Assembly: GCA_965287045.1 (NCBI GenBank) | Contig: OZ336871.1 | Location: 19,530,001-19,594,000 of the forward strand | Reading direction: 5' to 3' | Source: Carcharhinus amblyrhynchos | Lineage: Eukaryota | Length of the DNA: 64,000 bases | Part shown: positions 1-14,010 of the stretch, piece after piece | Layout of the letters: each line of letters opens with the position of its first letter | Numbering within the stretch: the first letter of the stretch is position 1 | Made by a program: the position numbers and the translations under genes | The notes under the pieces: generated by a model | Seen by the model: only the letters and a program-made list of their open reading frames with translations | Told to the model about the DNA's origin: nothing | Databases searched by the model: none

Positions 1-369
1 ATGGGATGGATAGGATAGAGGTGGAGAGACTCTTCCCGCTCAAAAAAGACAGTAGGACTAGGGGGCACAGCCTCAAGATAAAGGGGAGGCGGTTTAGAAC
101 GGAGTTGAGGAGGAACTTCTTCACTCAAAGGGTGGTGAATCTCTGGAATTCTCTGCCCGTTGAAGTGGTGGAGGCTGCCTCGCTAAATATTTTTAAGAAG
201 CGGGTTGATGGGTTTTTGATAAGAGAAGGGATTAAGGGTTATGGGGAGAGGGCGGGAAAGTGGAACTGAGCCACGACAGATCAGCCATGATCTTATTGAA
301 TGGCGGGGCAGGCTCGAAGGGCTAGATGGCCTACTCCTGCTCCTATTTCTTATGTTCTTATGTTCTTAT
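1..369 (+). mobile_element. Young CR1-clade LINE 3' end (ORF2 C-terminus, 3'UTR, (TTCTTATG)n tail)
   Basis: ORF 6..269 ...TRGHSLKI...RRNFFTQRVVNLWNSLP; near-identical to the reverse complement of 34861-35230; a V-SINE body resumes directly after the tail. Confidence 0.92.
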
Positions 370-2944
370 ATCTGTGTGGCTTCCTCTGGGTGCTCTGGTT
401 TCCTCCCACAGTCTAAGGATGTGTGTGTTAGGTTGATTGGCTATGCTCAATTGCTCCATAGCATCAGGGAGATTAGCAAGGTGTGAGGAATTGGGCCTGG
501 GTGGGATTGTTGTCAGTGCAGGCCTGATGGCCAAATGGCCTCTTTCTGCACTGTAGTGATTCAATTTATGTACAAGTTGTTCTTAATGGAAGTGGGCTAA
601 TATATTGGTCAGTCAACTGTTCATGACTAGGTCTGATTTAATATGATCAAGCTCCTTGCCCTGATCTCATCGGGCTGACCGACTTTCCTTGTGTTTTTAT
701 TTTTGACTCATGTGTCCCTAGGAAATGGAGAAAGTTGTCACTTTTCCTTTCAGGAATTTGCCAGAGGGTACATCAAAGTGGCTACATCCCTCTTAAGGTG
801 GTGGCAGAAAAATGGGTATCCAAACAAATCATCTCAAGCGGACAGCCCACTGTTTGTCTGGCTATATTCCATTACCCCTAGTTATTGTGGAAAACAGTAA
901 GTAAACTTAACTCATTACCATGCCAATCCCCTTTTCCCTGGGCGGGTAAGACCAGTATGTATAATCAGTTCAGCAAAAAAAAATTACTTTTCTCCTACCT
1001 TTGCGACATACTTTCCAGAAAGCAAATCACTTGCTGTCCTGTAAAAATTCAAAGGTGTTTTATTATTTTGTTTAGGAAGAACTCAAATGTTTATAATCTT
1101 CTCTCTGGGATATCCCAAAGTGCCTCACAACCACTAAGTATTATGAATAGGATGGGGATAGAGGGATATGGTACCCCAAAGGGTAGAGGATTTTGGTTCA
1201 GAGGGGCACTATGGTCAGTGCTTGGAGGGCCTGTGCTGTAATTTTCTTTGTTCTAACCGATGCATTACTTTAGTCTAGGCCTTATGGTTGTATCAAAAAA
1301 TGTGGCAGTCAAATTGCGTACAGCAATGTTCCACAACAATACGAAGAGAAGAGACTTATGGGATGAATATATTGGTCTGAAAAAAGAAAAACTCCCTGAT
1401 CTTGGATTGACAGAGGGCACCTCAGCTTTATGCCACCAGGGAAAAACAGAGAATTCTACTGTCCGAAAGGGGGTCATTCAGCCCATCAGGTCTGTACCAG
1501 CCATAGAAGAGCTATCCAGTCTAATCCCAGTTTCCAGCTTTTGGTCCTGAGCCTGATAGACACTTAAGATGCAATGAGGGTTTCTACCTTTCCCACCCTT
1601 TCAAGCAGCGAGTTCCAGACCCCAGAACTCTCTGGGTGAAAAAATTCTCCTCTAATCCTTCTGCCAATTAGTTTAAATTCATGCTCCCTGACTATTGATC
1701 ACTCTGTCAGAGGTGATTTGTCCTTGCTATCCACTCTATCATGGCTATTCATAAGACCATAAATAGTAGGAACAGGAGTAAGCATTTGAGCCCTTGAACC
1801 TGTTCTGCCATTCAGTAGGATCATGGCTGATTTGACATTGCTCACGTCCACTTTTCCATCCTTTACTCCATAACCCCTGATTCCCTTACTGATCAAAAAT
1901 CTATCCATCTCAGCTTTACAAAGGTGCCTGGCCATTTTCGCATTGCTGTTTGTAGGACCCTGTTGATGCAAATTGGCTGCTGCATTCCTTAAAGTACACC
2001 AGGTTCAAAGTAACTAACCAGTTGTGTAACGCTTGGGGAGGTCATGAAAGAAAGTCCTATATAAATGTAAGTCTTTCTATCGAATCCCTTTGATGACCTT
2101 AAATATGATCAGCCCTCAATATCCTGGATATGTACACTTGTAGCATTCTGCTACATGTACGAATTTTTTTAAAAAATGCTGCTTTTTCCTATGGGTTTAG
2201 ATGATTAGTGGCAACGCCCTGGTACTAGAAAGCGAATGCCAATAACACTTCAGCACTGTTATGAGGGAGCAGCAGGAGGGCTTGATGCAGTCCAGCTGGT
2301 GACTGCCCACAGCTGACTCTACTTAGGCCACACCTGCACCCAATAATGATGGGGAAGCAACTTCAGATGTCGACAAGAGGTAAATCCAACTTTTGGAGAC
2401 TATGCCAAAGCGTCTCCTTAAAAGAAATATGTATTTTTTTATTCACAGCTGGACAATGATGAATGGCTCATTCAACTTACGTTTGCAACTATAAATAGAC
2501 AGTTCTTTATGGCACCTTGTCCCTTGGCCTGCATGATCCATTGAAAATGTAAATAGCACCGATGTTTCTTTGGTGAGCTATGAATCTCCATGGGTAAGGT
2601 TTACCAGCCCTCCAGTATTGGCTTGGAACCACCAAGATTAGTAACTAGACCCATGAATCCAGGTAAAAATCATGGGGATGTGGAGAAGGCTCTTTCACCA
2701 ACAGTCAGGATTTATCCAAATGGGTAACATATGGATGGCCAAGTGGAGCAGATTAAGGTGCATATGGTCAGTTAAATCCCTTAAAATGGATGCTGGGTAG
2801 GAATCCCAGCATTATCCTGCCTACTTTTGAGTTTCATCTGAGCCAGCTTGCAGGCAAGCGGACCTCCTGACCCCCACCCTACCTTGGAGCTATCAGTTAA
2901 GTCATTAAAATACTGATATCGGCCACTAACTGCAGTTTGTAAGA

Positions 2945-3470
2945 GAAACAGAGAAACATAGGAGCAGGCATAGGCCATTTGGCCCTTTGAATCTGCTCCA
3001 CCATTCAACATGATCATGACTGATTCCCAATCTTAACACCATGCTGTCCCCATATGCTTTGATACCTCTAGAACTCGATTTATTTCCTTCTTAAACATAT
3101 CCAGTGACTCGGCCCTCACTGGCTTTTGTGATAGAGAATAGGGTCACTACCCTCAGAGAAGAAATTTCTCCTTGTCTCAGTCCTGAATGGTATACCCCAC
3201 ATCTTGCGACTGTAACCTCTTGTTCTAGCACACCTGGGCCAGAGGAAGTAACATCCCTGCGTTCAGTCTATCCAGCCCTTTCAGGATTTTATATATTTCA
3301 ATGAGATTCTCTCTCGTTCTTCAAAATTCCAGTGAATATTGGGCCAGTCAACCCAATCTCTCCTCACATGACAACCCTGCCATCCCAGGAATTAGTCTGG
3401 TGGACATTCGCTGCACTCCATCTATGGCAAGAATACCCTTTCTTAGATAAGGAGGCCAAGACTGCACAGC
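2945..3470 (-). mobile_element. Degenerate CR1 3' fragment
   Basis: Reverse-complement CR1 tail (aacataggagcaggcataggcc) followed by decayed ORF2 C-terminus. Confidence 0.7.
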
Positions 3471-5053
3471 AATCATTCTGCTTTTACCAGCCAGCTATTT
3501 CATGAGCTGTTAGAAACTCAACAGGGTCAACCAGATGGGTGCACAGTGAGAGGAGGTTCTTCAGTGAATTGACAAGCCTGAAAAACTGAGGAGCTCCAGC
3601 CATGGCCAGATGAAAAAGGCTGCAGCACTAAAAACAGAAAATGCTGGAAAAATACCCAGCAGGTCTGATAGCAACTATGGAGAGAGATATAGAGTTAATG
3701 AGTTTTGAGTCAATATGACTCTTAAGACATTCCTTCTCAGGAGGGCGCTTTCGCTATTTGTCAGGCGATTGCCAAATTCTCAGACCAAAGAATAGAGAAC
3801 AGGACAGCAGAGGAACAGGTCCTTCGGCCCTCCAAGCCTGCACCGATCATGATGCCTGCCTAAATTAAAACTGTATGCATTTACGGAGTCCCAATCCTTC
3901 CATTGCCATCCTCTGCATGTATTCTTCCTGGTGGCCCTTAAGTGTCGCTTAAAAGCCAGAAGTCAGTTGAATGGCCCTTTAAGAACAACACAGCAGAATA
4001 GTGTCACTTGGCTTAAGTGACCAATTGGGGCCCATAGTGGTTAATCACCCCAGGAGGTGGAACCCTCTTAGGGAAGGAGACATATAGGGAGCAAGCTGCA
4101 GCCAGGAGGCTGTTGAACCATTCTACTTGTTAAATAACCTTTTGTGTTCATTAGTGAAGTCTGTAAAAGTGTTTCTTTACACCACAACCCCCAGATTTCC
4201 ACCAACTTTGTGTGAAAAAGTATTTCCTGACATTCAACCCTCAGGGCTAAACTAAAAGCAAATCACTGCAGATGCTGCAATTTGAAACAAAAACTGAAAG
4301 CACCAGAAAATCCTCCGGCAGCATCTGTGAAGAGAGAACAGAGCTAACATTGAAATAGCACATGGAAATCCGGCTTTCAATGTCATTAGCAGGCCCAGAC
4401 TGGTCTCCGAGGCCACTTGCGTCTCCCCCACCCCCGCCAGGTGTGGGTCACTCCAGTGGATTTACAACTGCTCCCCACTAATGGGGAACAGGCGGCCAAC
4501 CCTACTGGAGTGAAGAGAGCCCATTGAGACCCCACCCCGCAGAATGCCGGGGCTAAAGGGAAGCCAGCTGGCACCCTGGCACAGCACAATGGGCAAACTG
4601 ACAATGCCCAAGGGACAAGGGTGGGGACAAGGGGGCAGAGCCTATTGGGGTGAGCAGAGTGAATAGGATCTGCTGCCACTCTGTATTTGGGATTGCGGAT
4701 AGAGGGAAGTAGGATGGCAATTGGGCCTGGTCATTCGGCTGGGTGTGGGTCAAGAAGATCAGGGCTGGTCTAGGGTTGGGGGACATCAGGGATGGCCATG
4801 TTGAATACAGTGAGGCTAGCAGGGTAAATACATGGGGTTACGGGGATAGGGTCTGGATGGAGTGTCGTCAGCGCAGACTCAATGGATCAAATGACCTCCT
4901 TTTGCACTGTAGGGAGTCTATGATTCCATGAATAGGTGAAAATGAATCACATTATGAGCCCGATTGATTATCCTAAATTGGTTGTTAGTGTTGCTATTAG
5001 CACACTGACATTGTTTACACTTGCTAGAAGCAAAATGCATTTGCACACAAGGA

Positions 5054-5373
5054 TTTTGATTTGTTTTCATTTTTCATCACATGTATTAGGATAGAGTGAA
5101 AAGTATTGTTCGTTGCATGCTATAGAGATGAAGCATACTGTTCGTAGAGAAGGAAAGGAGTGAGCGCAGAATGTAGTGTTACAGTCATAGCTAGGCTGTA
5201 GCAAAAGGACAACTTAGTGCAAGGTAGGTCCTTTCAGAAGGGAAGAATCTGTTCTTGAGTCAGTTGTTACGTGTCCTCAGACTTTTGTACCTTTTTCTCA
5301 ACGGAAGAAGACGGAAGAGAGTATGACCAGGTTGCGTGGCGTCCTTGATTATGCTGGCTGCTTTTCCGAGGCA
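5054..5373 (-). mobile_element. Rex1/Babar-type LINE 3' fragment
   Basis: LGKAASIIKD...HTLFRLLP..KRYKSLRTR; tail ...tacttttcac...gtga...atcaaa. Confidence 0.7.
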
Positions 5374-6870
5374 CAATTTTTGAATTACCTGGGAGCGTGG
5401 GTGCCTATATATCACCATTGATTTCCGCACGGCATTGCCACAGCCAGAGTTGACTTGCCAACAATTAGAGCCCTTTTTCCCTACAGCATAAATTGTTGTT
5501 TGAAATTTGGTATTCTTGTGTTTGTCCCAATGGGCGCAAAACAAAAAGATTCAATAGCGTGTCTCTCTTTTCAGCCATGTACAAACTACAAGGTTAAGAG
5601 TGTGGTTACCTTATTGGTTTAGTGGCTAGGACCGACTATCTGCCCCATTATTTGGATGGCGGACTACAAGCCCTACTGCAGGGTTATTCTGAATTACTCA
5701 GCATGGTATTTCTTCAAGCCATTGCAGCCAGCATACAGGTTAACGGAGTTTGTGCTTGTGAATGCAACCCCTTGTTTGCAATATCCTCTGATCAGGATTT
5801 CTATACACAACAGGAGATAGGGTTGGTGAAGGATCACTTTTGTCTGCACTTAAGAGAATATAAACCTTCCGATTATAAATATCTTAGTATTCCGGTGTAC
5901 TTGCTACCAATAAATATGAGGGAAGAAGAAAGCAGTATGTTAGCTGTAGTTCCGTATAGAGGGTCAAATCCCTCAAGAGAGAACTAAGCACAAACATCTG
6001 TCCAGTGCTCCCAGTGCAGTATTGCATTGGAAGTCCAATCTCTCTTAAATTGAGGCCCATCTGTTCCCTCAGGTGGAAATAAAAGAACACAGGGGAGACT
6101 ACCCCACTGTGTTGCTGAATATTTATCCCTCAACCTACATCTAAAACATCCAACCAGACAGAGGGTGCTGGTGTACGGTAGAGTAGACTCAAAGAACTGG
6201 CTGGCCTATTCCTGCTCCTAAGTCCTATGTTCCTATGTCAGCAAATTAAGAAAATGTTCTTTAATGGTGGTTAGTAGGAATGCTTGTCTGAGACCCACAG
6301 TGCATGTCCAGGCCTATGCTGGCCTCTGCTCCCGATCTCCCTAACCCCCTGTAATGGGACCCTTAGAACATCTCTCCTGCGAGCTAGCTGCTACTTACAC
6401 AGAATCATAGAACCCCTACAGCACAGAAAGAGGCCATTTGGCCCACTAAGCTTGCACTGACAACAATCCCATCCAGGTCCTATAGCCTTAACCCCATGTA
6501 TTTACCCTGTCAATCCCCTGACATTACATGACAATTTAGCATGGCCAATCAACCTAACCCGCACATCTTTGGAATGAGGGAGGAAACCGGAGCTCCTGCA
6601 GAAAACCTACACAGACACAGAGAGAATGTACAAACTCCACACAGCCACTCACCTGATGTTGTGAGGCAGCAGTGCTGGCCACTGTTGAGGGAACAGATTC
6701 CCAACGAGACTCTAATCCTGATGACTCAAATGCTAGGATGGGATTTCCATCCATTCATTTTGGGAATTAGAATTGGTTCAATCCTAAGGTGCCTGCTCCC
6801 AATTGGTGTATAGTGCACAGTTCTGGTCTCCATATAATAGTTGGAGTATTGTGCAGAGTTCATCACTTAA

Positions 6871-7260
6871 GGGGCTAAATTGGATTTCTCCGAAAATAGG
6901 CATGTGCAATGAACACATGCAGATTGGTTGAAATGCAGTCAGCATGTCAATTTTGTGCTCTTAAAGGGAATGTGACTCTACCAGGAATTGGCGATCACAC
7001 AGGCAGTGAATCCATCCTGGCAAACAAGGAGGAATGGCACAACATTTTTGATTGCTGCACTGAAGGTCTTGGTAAAAGAATGGAGAGGGGAAGAGCTACC
7101 CTGTATCAACAGGAAGTTCCCTACACACATGGTCAAAAATCCAGAGGAGCTGATAGTCTTGGAGATCAATGTGAGGAGTTTAATCCCGGGGACCTGGATG
7201 CAGTGCTGCATGAAGTTCAATGCTCTCATGCGAGTGAGAGTCAAGGTCAGTTAATGCATC
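6871..7260 (+). mobile_element. Harbinger/PIF-type remnant with Myb/SANT-like domain
   Basis: F..AALKVLVKE...IVLEINVRSLIPGTWMQCCMKFNAL.R resembles Harbinger Myb/SANT (NAIF1-like) domains; begins TAA|GGGGCTAAATT; AAG|GTCAGT donor at end. Confidence 0.55.
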
Positions 7261-9384
7261 TTCAAATGGCCATCAGCTGCATTACTAGCCTCAGACACAC
7301 TCCATCATTTATCTACCAAAATGTTTCACTTTGCCATGGGGAAGAAGAAACTATTTGTGAGATCAGGTTACGAACTTCCTTACAAATCAGTGAATATTCT
7401 ACTGGTCAACTAAAGAGAAAGACTATTTAGTGTCATGAGCTACCACAATGCACCTAACTAGCATGTCTTTCAGGCTGTAGGAAGAAACCAGAGCACCCTG
7501 AAGAAGACACGAGGAGAACATGCAAACTCTGCACAGACAGTGACCCAAGCTGGGAATTGAACCCGGGCCCCTGGTACTGTGAGGCAGCAAGTGGTTTGAA
7601 AAAAGGTTTGAAATATAAAATCTTGCCGTATCATCTTTTCCAGCAGCTCCTAAGTGGAAGATTTAATTTCCTTCACAACATTACTGGTTTCTATGAGCAG
7701 CACACCAACATACTGCAGCCAAGATGCACTGCTGATAGAACGATTGGATGACCATGGTTGTTCTGGTCAGTGATGAACTTCTTGAGTGTTCTTACAGCAT
7801 CGCCCATCCAGGAAAGTCTATCTCATGACACTCCATCCCTTGCGAGTGGCAGAGGCGCTCCAAGGAATCAGAAGATAAGCCACATCTCACAGAATATCCG
7901 GTCTCTGTCTGACTTGTTCCAGCAGCTATGACATTTATAGTCGACCTTCTGGTCAGTGGTGGCCCCCTAGATATTGATGCTGGGAAACTAAATGATGGTA
8001 ATTCACAAGATTGACAGAAATGTCATTTAAGAGCCTTCAAAAAGAAAGGAAAAATAATCAAGTGGTAGAACAAGACTTGAGTAATGCTACAAAAAAAAAT
8101 ATGCTGTTGAATCTTTTAATTTTGCACTCATCAGATACAAAAATACCAAATTGAAAAGGGGACAACAACTGCATGAGAAGAAGGTGCCTATTGGTTGGCA
8201 AATGAACTCAGAAGAAGAGATGTTGCAATGGAGAAATGTACCAGTGAACAGCTGACCACCAACTTTTTGTTTAGGTTCAAACCAGGCAAGTTGATTCTGG
8301 TTTGTCAAGTTATTGACTGAATCAGGAAATTATAGAATCCAACAGTGCAGAAGGAGGCCTTTCGGCCCATCATGTCTGCACTGATCACAATCCCATCTAG
8401 GCCTTATCCCTGTAACCCCATGCATTTACCCTAGCAAGTCCCCCTGATACTGAAGGGCAATTTAGCATGGCCAGTCCACCTAAACCTCTCATCTTTGGGC
8501 TATCCCACAAGCTTTTGTTTAGTTGAAAAAGGCGCAATGTATGAACATGTCCTTTTTGTTTGAAAAGGACAGGGTTTTCTGTGTGAATAAAGAGAAATAG
8601 GAATTTATTTACAGAAAGAAAGATGAAGGTCCAACTTTACCAGATTGAAAATAATGAACCTCATTGCTGGCAGCTTTGAAATACCGACGCTTTGTCCTAG
8701 CTTAATATCATCATAGAAAGAGGGGTTAAGCTATCCACACATATTCTGAATAAACTTTCAATGCACTTCCCTCTCACAGGGTTTTACCCTGACCAGGAAC
8801 TTCCATTCAAAGAGGTTGAAGGGAAGAGGGGTGGGTGGAATACAAATATTCAGACAGTAATAACAACAGGGTGGTGTCACAGAGATTAAAGGGAAGCCTC
8901 TCCACAGACAGAAATAATTCTTAAACCCTTGCCTGGATTTCTTTGTCTTGTACAAGAGAAACATGAAGGGGCTCTTCAAAGTTTATTATTCTTCATGAAA
9001 GATGAGGAAGAAGTTTCATCTCAGTGTGTAATTCAGACCCTTTGGCCGCCTTAGTGGTGACATCCTCCTAAATCCCTTTGACAAAAAGCAAAGTAGTTCC
9101 TTTCATTTCCTCTACCAACACAAGTAGGACGGAGGTTGCTTTGAACAATATTCTGTTTCTTTTCTTTATTCCCTCTCTGCTGGCTCAGTGTATTCAGCGC
9201 AGGTCTTAATGATCCTTAAGAGAAAACGCTTGTGAAGTTAATCAGAAAACTGCTGAAAAGGACTAAGTTGGCCACGTAACTGTCTTTTCTTGTTAACCAG
9301 CATGTACACCTCAAATTCACTGTGACTCACCACCAGAACCTACTGTTTGTTCTTGCAGCAGCAGGTTTTTTTCAAATAAATGAA

Positions 9385-9980
9385 GAACTTGCATTTATAC
9401 AACATCTTCCACATTCAGGATGTCTCAAAGTGCTCAACCATCCATTAAAAACTTTTGAAGTGTAATGGGGAAACGTACACACAGCAAGCTACCAGAAATA
9501 GCAATGAGTTAATAGTTAATGGGTGGCATGGTGGTACATTGGTTAGTGCCTGACAGTGCCAGAGCTTGAGTTTGATTTCAGGCTTGGGTTATTGTCTGTA
9601 TGAAGTCTGCACATTCTCCCGGGGTCTGCGTGGGTTTCCTCTGGGTGCTCTGGTTTCCTCCGGGTGCTCTGGTTTCCTCCCATTGTCCAAAAGATGTGCT
9701 GGTTAGGTGGATCGGCTAAATTCTGCCTCAGTGCACCCAACCAGTGTGGTGACTAAGGGATTTTCACATTAACTTCATTGCAGTGTTAATGTAAGCCTAC
9801 TAATAAATAAACTTTAAACATAACTCAATCATTTGCTTTAGTGATATTGGCTGAGGACTAACTATTGGCTAAAGCACTAATCTGCTTCAAAGTAATGCCC
9901 ACCAGGTCTTTTACATCCATTTGAAAGGGCAAAGGGGACATTGGTTTCATGGTTCATCTCTAGGAAGATACCTTCAAAAG
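9385..9980 (-). mobile_element. Old SINE, possibly DeuSINE/SacSINE1-like, split by a V-SINE
   Basis: gaacttgcatttata...cttcaaagtaatgcc...tcttttacatcca...; related decayed pieces at ~6005-6150 and ~42300-42730. Confidence 0.45.
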
Positions 9981-11189
9981 TGAATGTCAAATTGAATTTT
10001 GTGATCACTTTCTGGAGCAAAACCTCATAACCGGAGCTGAGGGTGGGTAATGCAAGATTGAGGTGCACAGAATGCACAAAGATACCAACACAGTGATCTT
10101 TTATTCAACCAGCATCAAACCTATATGTACACTCATGGAAAAGCTTATCCTAAAAGAACTTCTTACAAATGGATGACTGTGGCTTGACACCCCAAACACA
10201 AAAACATTGAGAACTCAACTCCTGGTATTGAATAAGCTGTGTTGCAGGTATGGTTTTGTTGAACAGTAGGAGCAGAAAGTTGAATAGAAAGGAGTGTCCT
10301 TTCTCTCTTTCTTCCTATCCCCACTCTTCGCAAAATGAGTTTGAGGTTAAAACTAGATTTGCAGTACAGCAAAGAAACAGGGTGCAGAGCCAACATGCTT
10401 GGGGCACTGCCATTGCTAATTCCCCTCATCCATGAGGCAGATTACCTTGCCATTCAGACCACAAAAGTTATTTTCCACACCCAAAGCTTCTCAGAATCAG
10501 GGGAGGTTTGGAGTTTAGCTGTCCTATCCAGACTGTGCGCCTGGATCCCTAACAAATATGTGTCAGCAGTTCTCCAAGACACTGACAGAAATTTTTGACC
10601 ACTCATTATTCATAGCTCCTGCTCCTTCTGTCTGCTCCTGCCCACTCCTCTTGGCCTCTTGTTCCATCCTGACTTCAGTAACTTCTGGCCTCTGCGCCCA
10701 TCCCAACCTCAGTCCTCACTTTTGGACTCTGGCTTCAGCCACGCCTTTTCTGTCAAAAATTGCTCTCCAGTCCCAAAGCAGATGAGGATGCTCCTGCCCG
10801 GCTGACATGGGAACCACGAGGAAGGCCCAGGCCCAGGCCCAGAATCCAGGCCCAGGCAACATATCTTGACATCCTCCAGACTTAAAAGCATTCTCTATGT
10901 AATCCTTCCTATCATATCGCGATAGTACAGCCATTGCTGATTGTGTACTCATTGAAGGCACTTGAAAATCTGAATTGGGACGACCAAGTCTGAATCATTA
11001 CATTACACAGGCAGTGTAATCACTACATTACTGGACGGATAATACCCAGAACACGAGTTCAAGAACAAGAGCGGTGATTCAAAAATTCAAACTCGATCTA
11101 CAAAAACTGGTATTGGTAAAAATACACTATGACTCTTTCAGTTTCACAGGTGAACCACAGAAAGCACCCTTTCCAGTTGTATCACAGCT

Positions 11190-11650
11190 TCATATGGCTC
11201 CTGCTCTGACTAAGACTGCAAGAAGCTCCAAAGGATTGTGAACGTAACCCAGACCCTCACACAAACCAGCTTCCCATCCATTGATTCCGTCTACACTTCG
11301 CACTGTCTTGGCAAAGCAGACAGCATAATTAAGGAGTCCACGCAACCCTGATATACTCTCTTCTGCCTTCTTCCTTCAGGAAAAAGATAAAGTCTGAAAA
11401 CATGCACCAACCAACTCAAGATCAGCTTCTTCCACGCTGCCATCAGACTTTTGAATGGTCCTATCACATATTAAGCCGATCTTTCTGTACACTCTACCTG
11501 TAGCTGCAACACTGTATTCTACATCCTTTACTTTTCCTTTTCCCCGATACACTTCACGAACGGTGTGTTTTGCCTGTATAGCACACAAGAAAGAATACTT
11601 CTCACTATATCACAGTACACGTGACAATAAAGTTAAGTCAAATCAAATGA
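11190..11650 (+). mobile_element. Rex1/Babar-type LINE 3' fragment
   Basis: Decayed KKLQRIVN...LPSID...SFF..AIRLLN; tail gtgacaataaa...aatcaaat. Confidence 0.7.
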
Positions 11651-12025
11651 AATGGCGATAAAGCTGTTGGATTATTTTTAAAACTTGACTGATTTAATCA
11701 TGTTCTTCAGGACAAGGAAAGCTACTGTACTTTCTCAGTGTGCCTTATATGTGGTTCTCACCCCACATTGATGTGCTTGACGTCTAATTACTTCCTGAAA
11801 ATGGCCTAAGCTCAATTGTGTCAAACAGCTACCAATGGGTTCAAGAGGGCTGCCCAGAGCAACCAGGGACACTCAGAAAATGCCAGCCTTCCCACTGAAA
11901 TCTCATGCAGGAATTTAAAACAGGATCTGTTAGCTGATGTACCTCAGTGTTGTGTCTGAAATTAAAGTCTTCATTTAAACAGGATTCTGTTCTCTTGGCA
12001 AGTCATCCTTCTGTCTCACTTCGAT

Positions 12026-12580
12026 CTTTCGATTTGATTTATTATTGTCATATGTATTAGTGTACAGTGAAAAGTATTGTCTCTTGCGTGCTATACAGAC
12101 AAAGAATACCGTTCATAGAGAAAGAAAGAGTGCAGAATGTAGTATTATAGCTAGGGTGTAGAGAAAGATCAACTTAATGCAAGGTAAGTCCATTCAAAAG
12201 TCTGATGGCAGCAGGGAATAATCTGTTCTTGAGTTGGTTTGTACATAATCTCAGATTTTTGTTTCTTTTTCCTGACGGAAGAAGGTGGAAGAGAGTATGT
12301 CTGGAATGCATAGGTCCTTAAAGTTATTAGTCACAAATAAGGCTTACATTAACACTGCAATGAAGTTACTGTGAAATTAATTATGATGTCTGCTTTGCCG
12401 AGGTAGTGGGAAGTGTAGACAGCATCAATGGATGGGAGGCTGGATTGTGTGATGGACTGGGCTACATTCACGACCTTTTGTTGTTTCTTGCAGTCTTGGG
12501 GGCAGAGCAGGAGCCCATACCAAACTGTGATAGAACCAGAAAAAATGCTTTCTATGGTGCATCTGTAAAAGTTGGTGAGA
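12026..12580 (-). mobile_element. Rex1/Babar-type LINE 3' fragment with nested SINE tail
   Basis: LTNFYRCTIESIFSGSITVWYG...KVVNVAQSITQSSLPSID (ORF 12349..12633); (TTTGA)n tail on plus strand. Confidence 0.78.
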
Positions 12581-13509
12581 CTCAATTGACATGGCACAAG
12601 CATAATGCTCACCTTCATTCTAATATACAGCACAGGCTTTTCTGAATGAATGTAATTCAGCTAAAAAAACCCCATATTGTTAAATAGATTTTTATTTTAA
12701 CACAGTAGGCATTAGACTGTCTCTGAGATAGGAAAAAAGGAGTGGATCATCAGGAGAACTGGACGCTGCTGACAGAGGTTGGGAGCCTCAACATCGAGGC
12801 TTCCTTGAGGCAAATGGAAACAATCATCAGCCTCAGAGCAGATTCCACGAGCAGAATGGTTTTGGTCATAGGACGGCATTGAGGAAAAGCTGCACCAATC
12901 ATTGAGCATGGAATCCCTGGCTCTGATGGCCCCGCATGGTCCACAGCAGGGAGACCACCTCCATGAAGTTGGCAGTCCACACATAACTGCACAGGTGACC
13001 AGAGGGGGGTGGGGACAGTGTATTCTGCCATCTCTAAAATGACACTGACGTCACAAAATCACCCCTAAATGGGGTCTCAACCATTTTATTTCCTACTCAC
13101 CTTTTGGGAGCAGGAACAGATCCACTTCCCAGCCCGTTCCTAGGAAGGATCCCTGTTGGTGGGACTGCATCGGGGAGTCATTCTGATGCAGTTCTCCATA
13201 TTTTCTTGCCCTCTACTTCCAATCCCACCACCTTGGAGCCGGGAACATTCATCCCATTCTTTCTGATGTCTTTAGAGATATCCAAGGACTGCACCAAAAG
13301 TTCTTTAACAAAGTGCGCAGTTAGTCCATGCTGTATGGAAATGGTCAAGCAACAAAACAAAGGCCACTGGCTTCAATGTCCATTGAGAAAGGCACCATCT
13401 GCAATGATCAGATACTTAACTGTTTCAGTACTGGTTAAACACCAAAGGATGTTTAAAGCTTTTATGCTAAAACCTCACTAGATGAGCACACTATCGCAAC
13501 ACACACACT

Positions 13510-14010
13510 AGTCAGAGTTTTACAGCATGGAAAGAGGCCATTCGGCCCATCATGCCGGATTTGAGAACCTATTTATTCTAATCTCATTTTCCATCACTTG
13601 ACGTGTATGCTATGGCATTTCAAATGCTCATTGAAATACTTCTTAAAATGTTGTGAGGGCTCGTGCCTCTACCAAGCTTTCAGGCAGTAAGTACCAGATT
13701 CCCATCATCTTCTGGATAAAAAGGTTTTCCTCACATCTCCTATAAACCTCTTGCCCCTTAATTTAAATCTATACCCCCTGGTTATTGACTCTGCTCCTAA
13801 GTGGAGCCCTTCTCTCCTTTCCTCCCTATTTACACCCTTCATGATTTTATACACCTTAATCAGGTCCCCCCCTCAGCCTTCTCAGCTCCAAGGGTAAAAA
13901 AAACCATCCTATCCAATATCTCGGTAGTTGAAGTTCTCCAGCCTGGACAACATTCTGGTGAATCTTCTGTGCAGCCTCTCGAGTGCAATCACATCCTTCC
14001 CAGAGTGTGG
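13510..14010 (-). mobile_element. Degenerate CR1 3' fragment
   Basis: Decayed ORF2 C-terminus and 3'UTR similar to the other CR1 copies. Confidence 0.6.

Noticed and set aside
2200-2620. Plus-strand donor/acceptor-like pair (GAG|GTAAAT ... ttttattcacAG)
   Set aside because: No sustained reading frame or homology; no neighbouring gene such as NKD2 could be recognised in 1-20 kb.
6909-7430. 173-aa ORF
   Set aside because: No recognisable protein; alternative frame over the Myb/SANT remnant.
9636-9680. Short tandem duplication inside a V-SINE; doubled SINE head at 61285-61430
   Set aside because: Ordinary slippage or nested insertion; nothing resembling a CRISPR array anywhere in the window.
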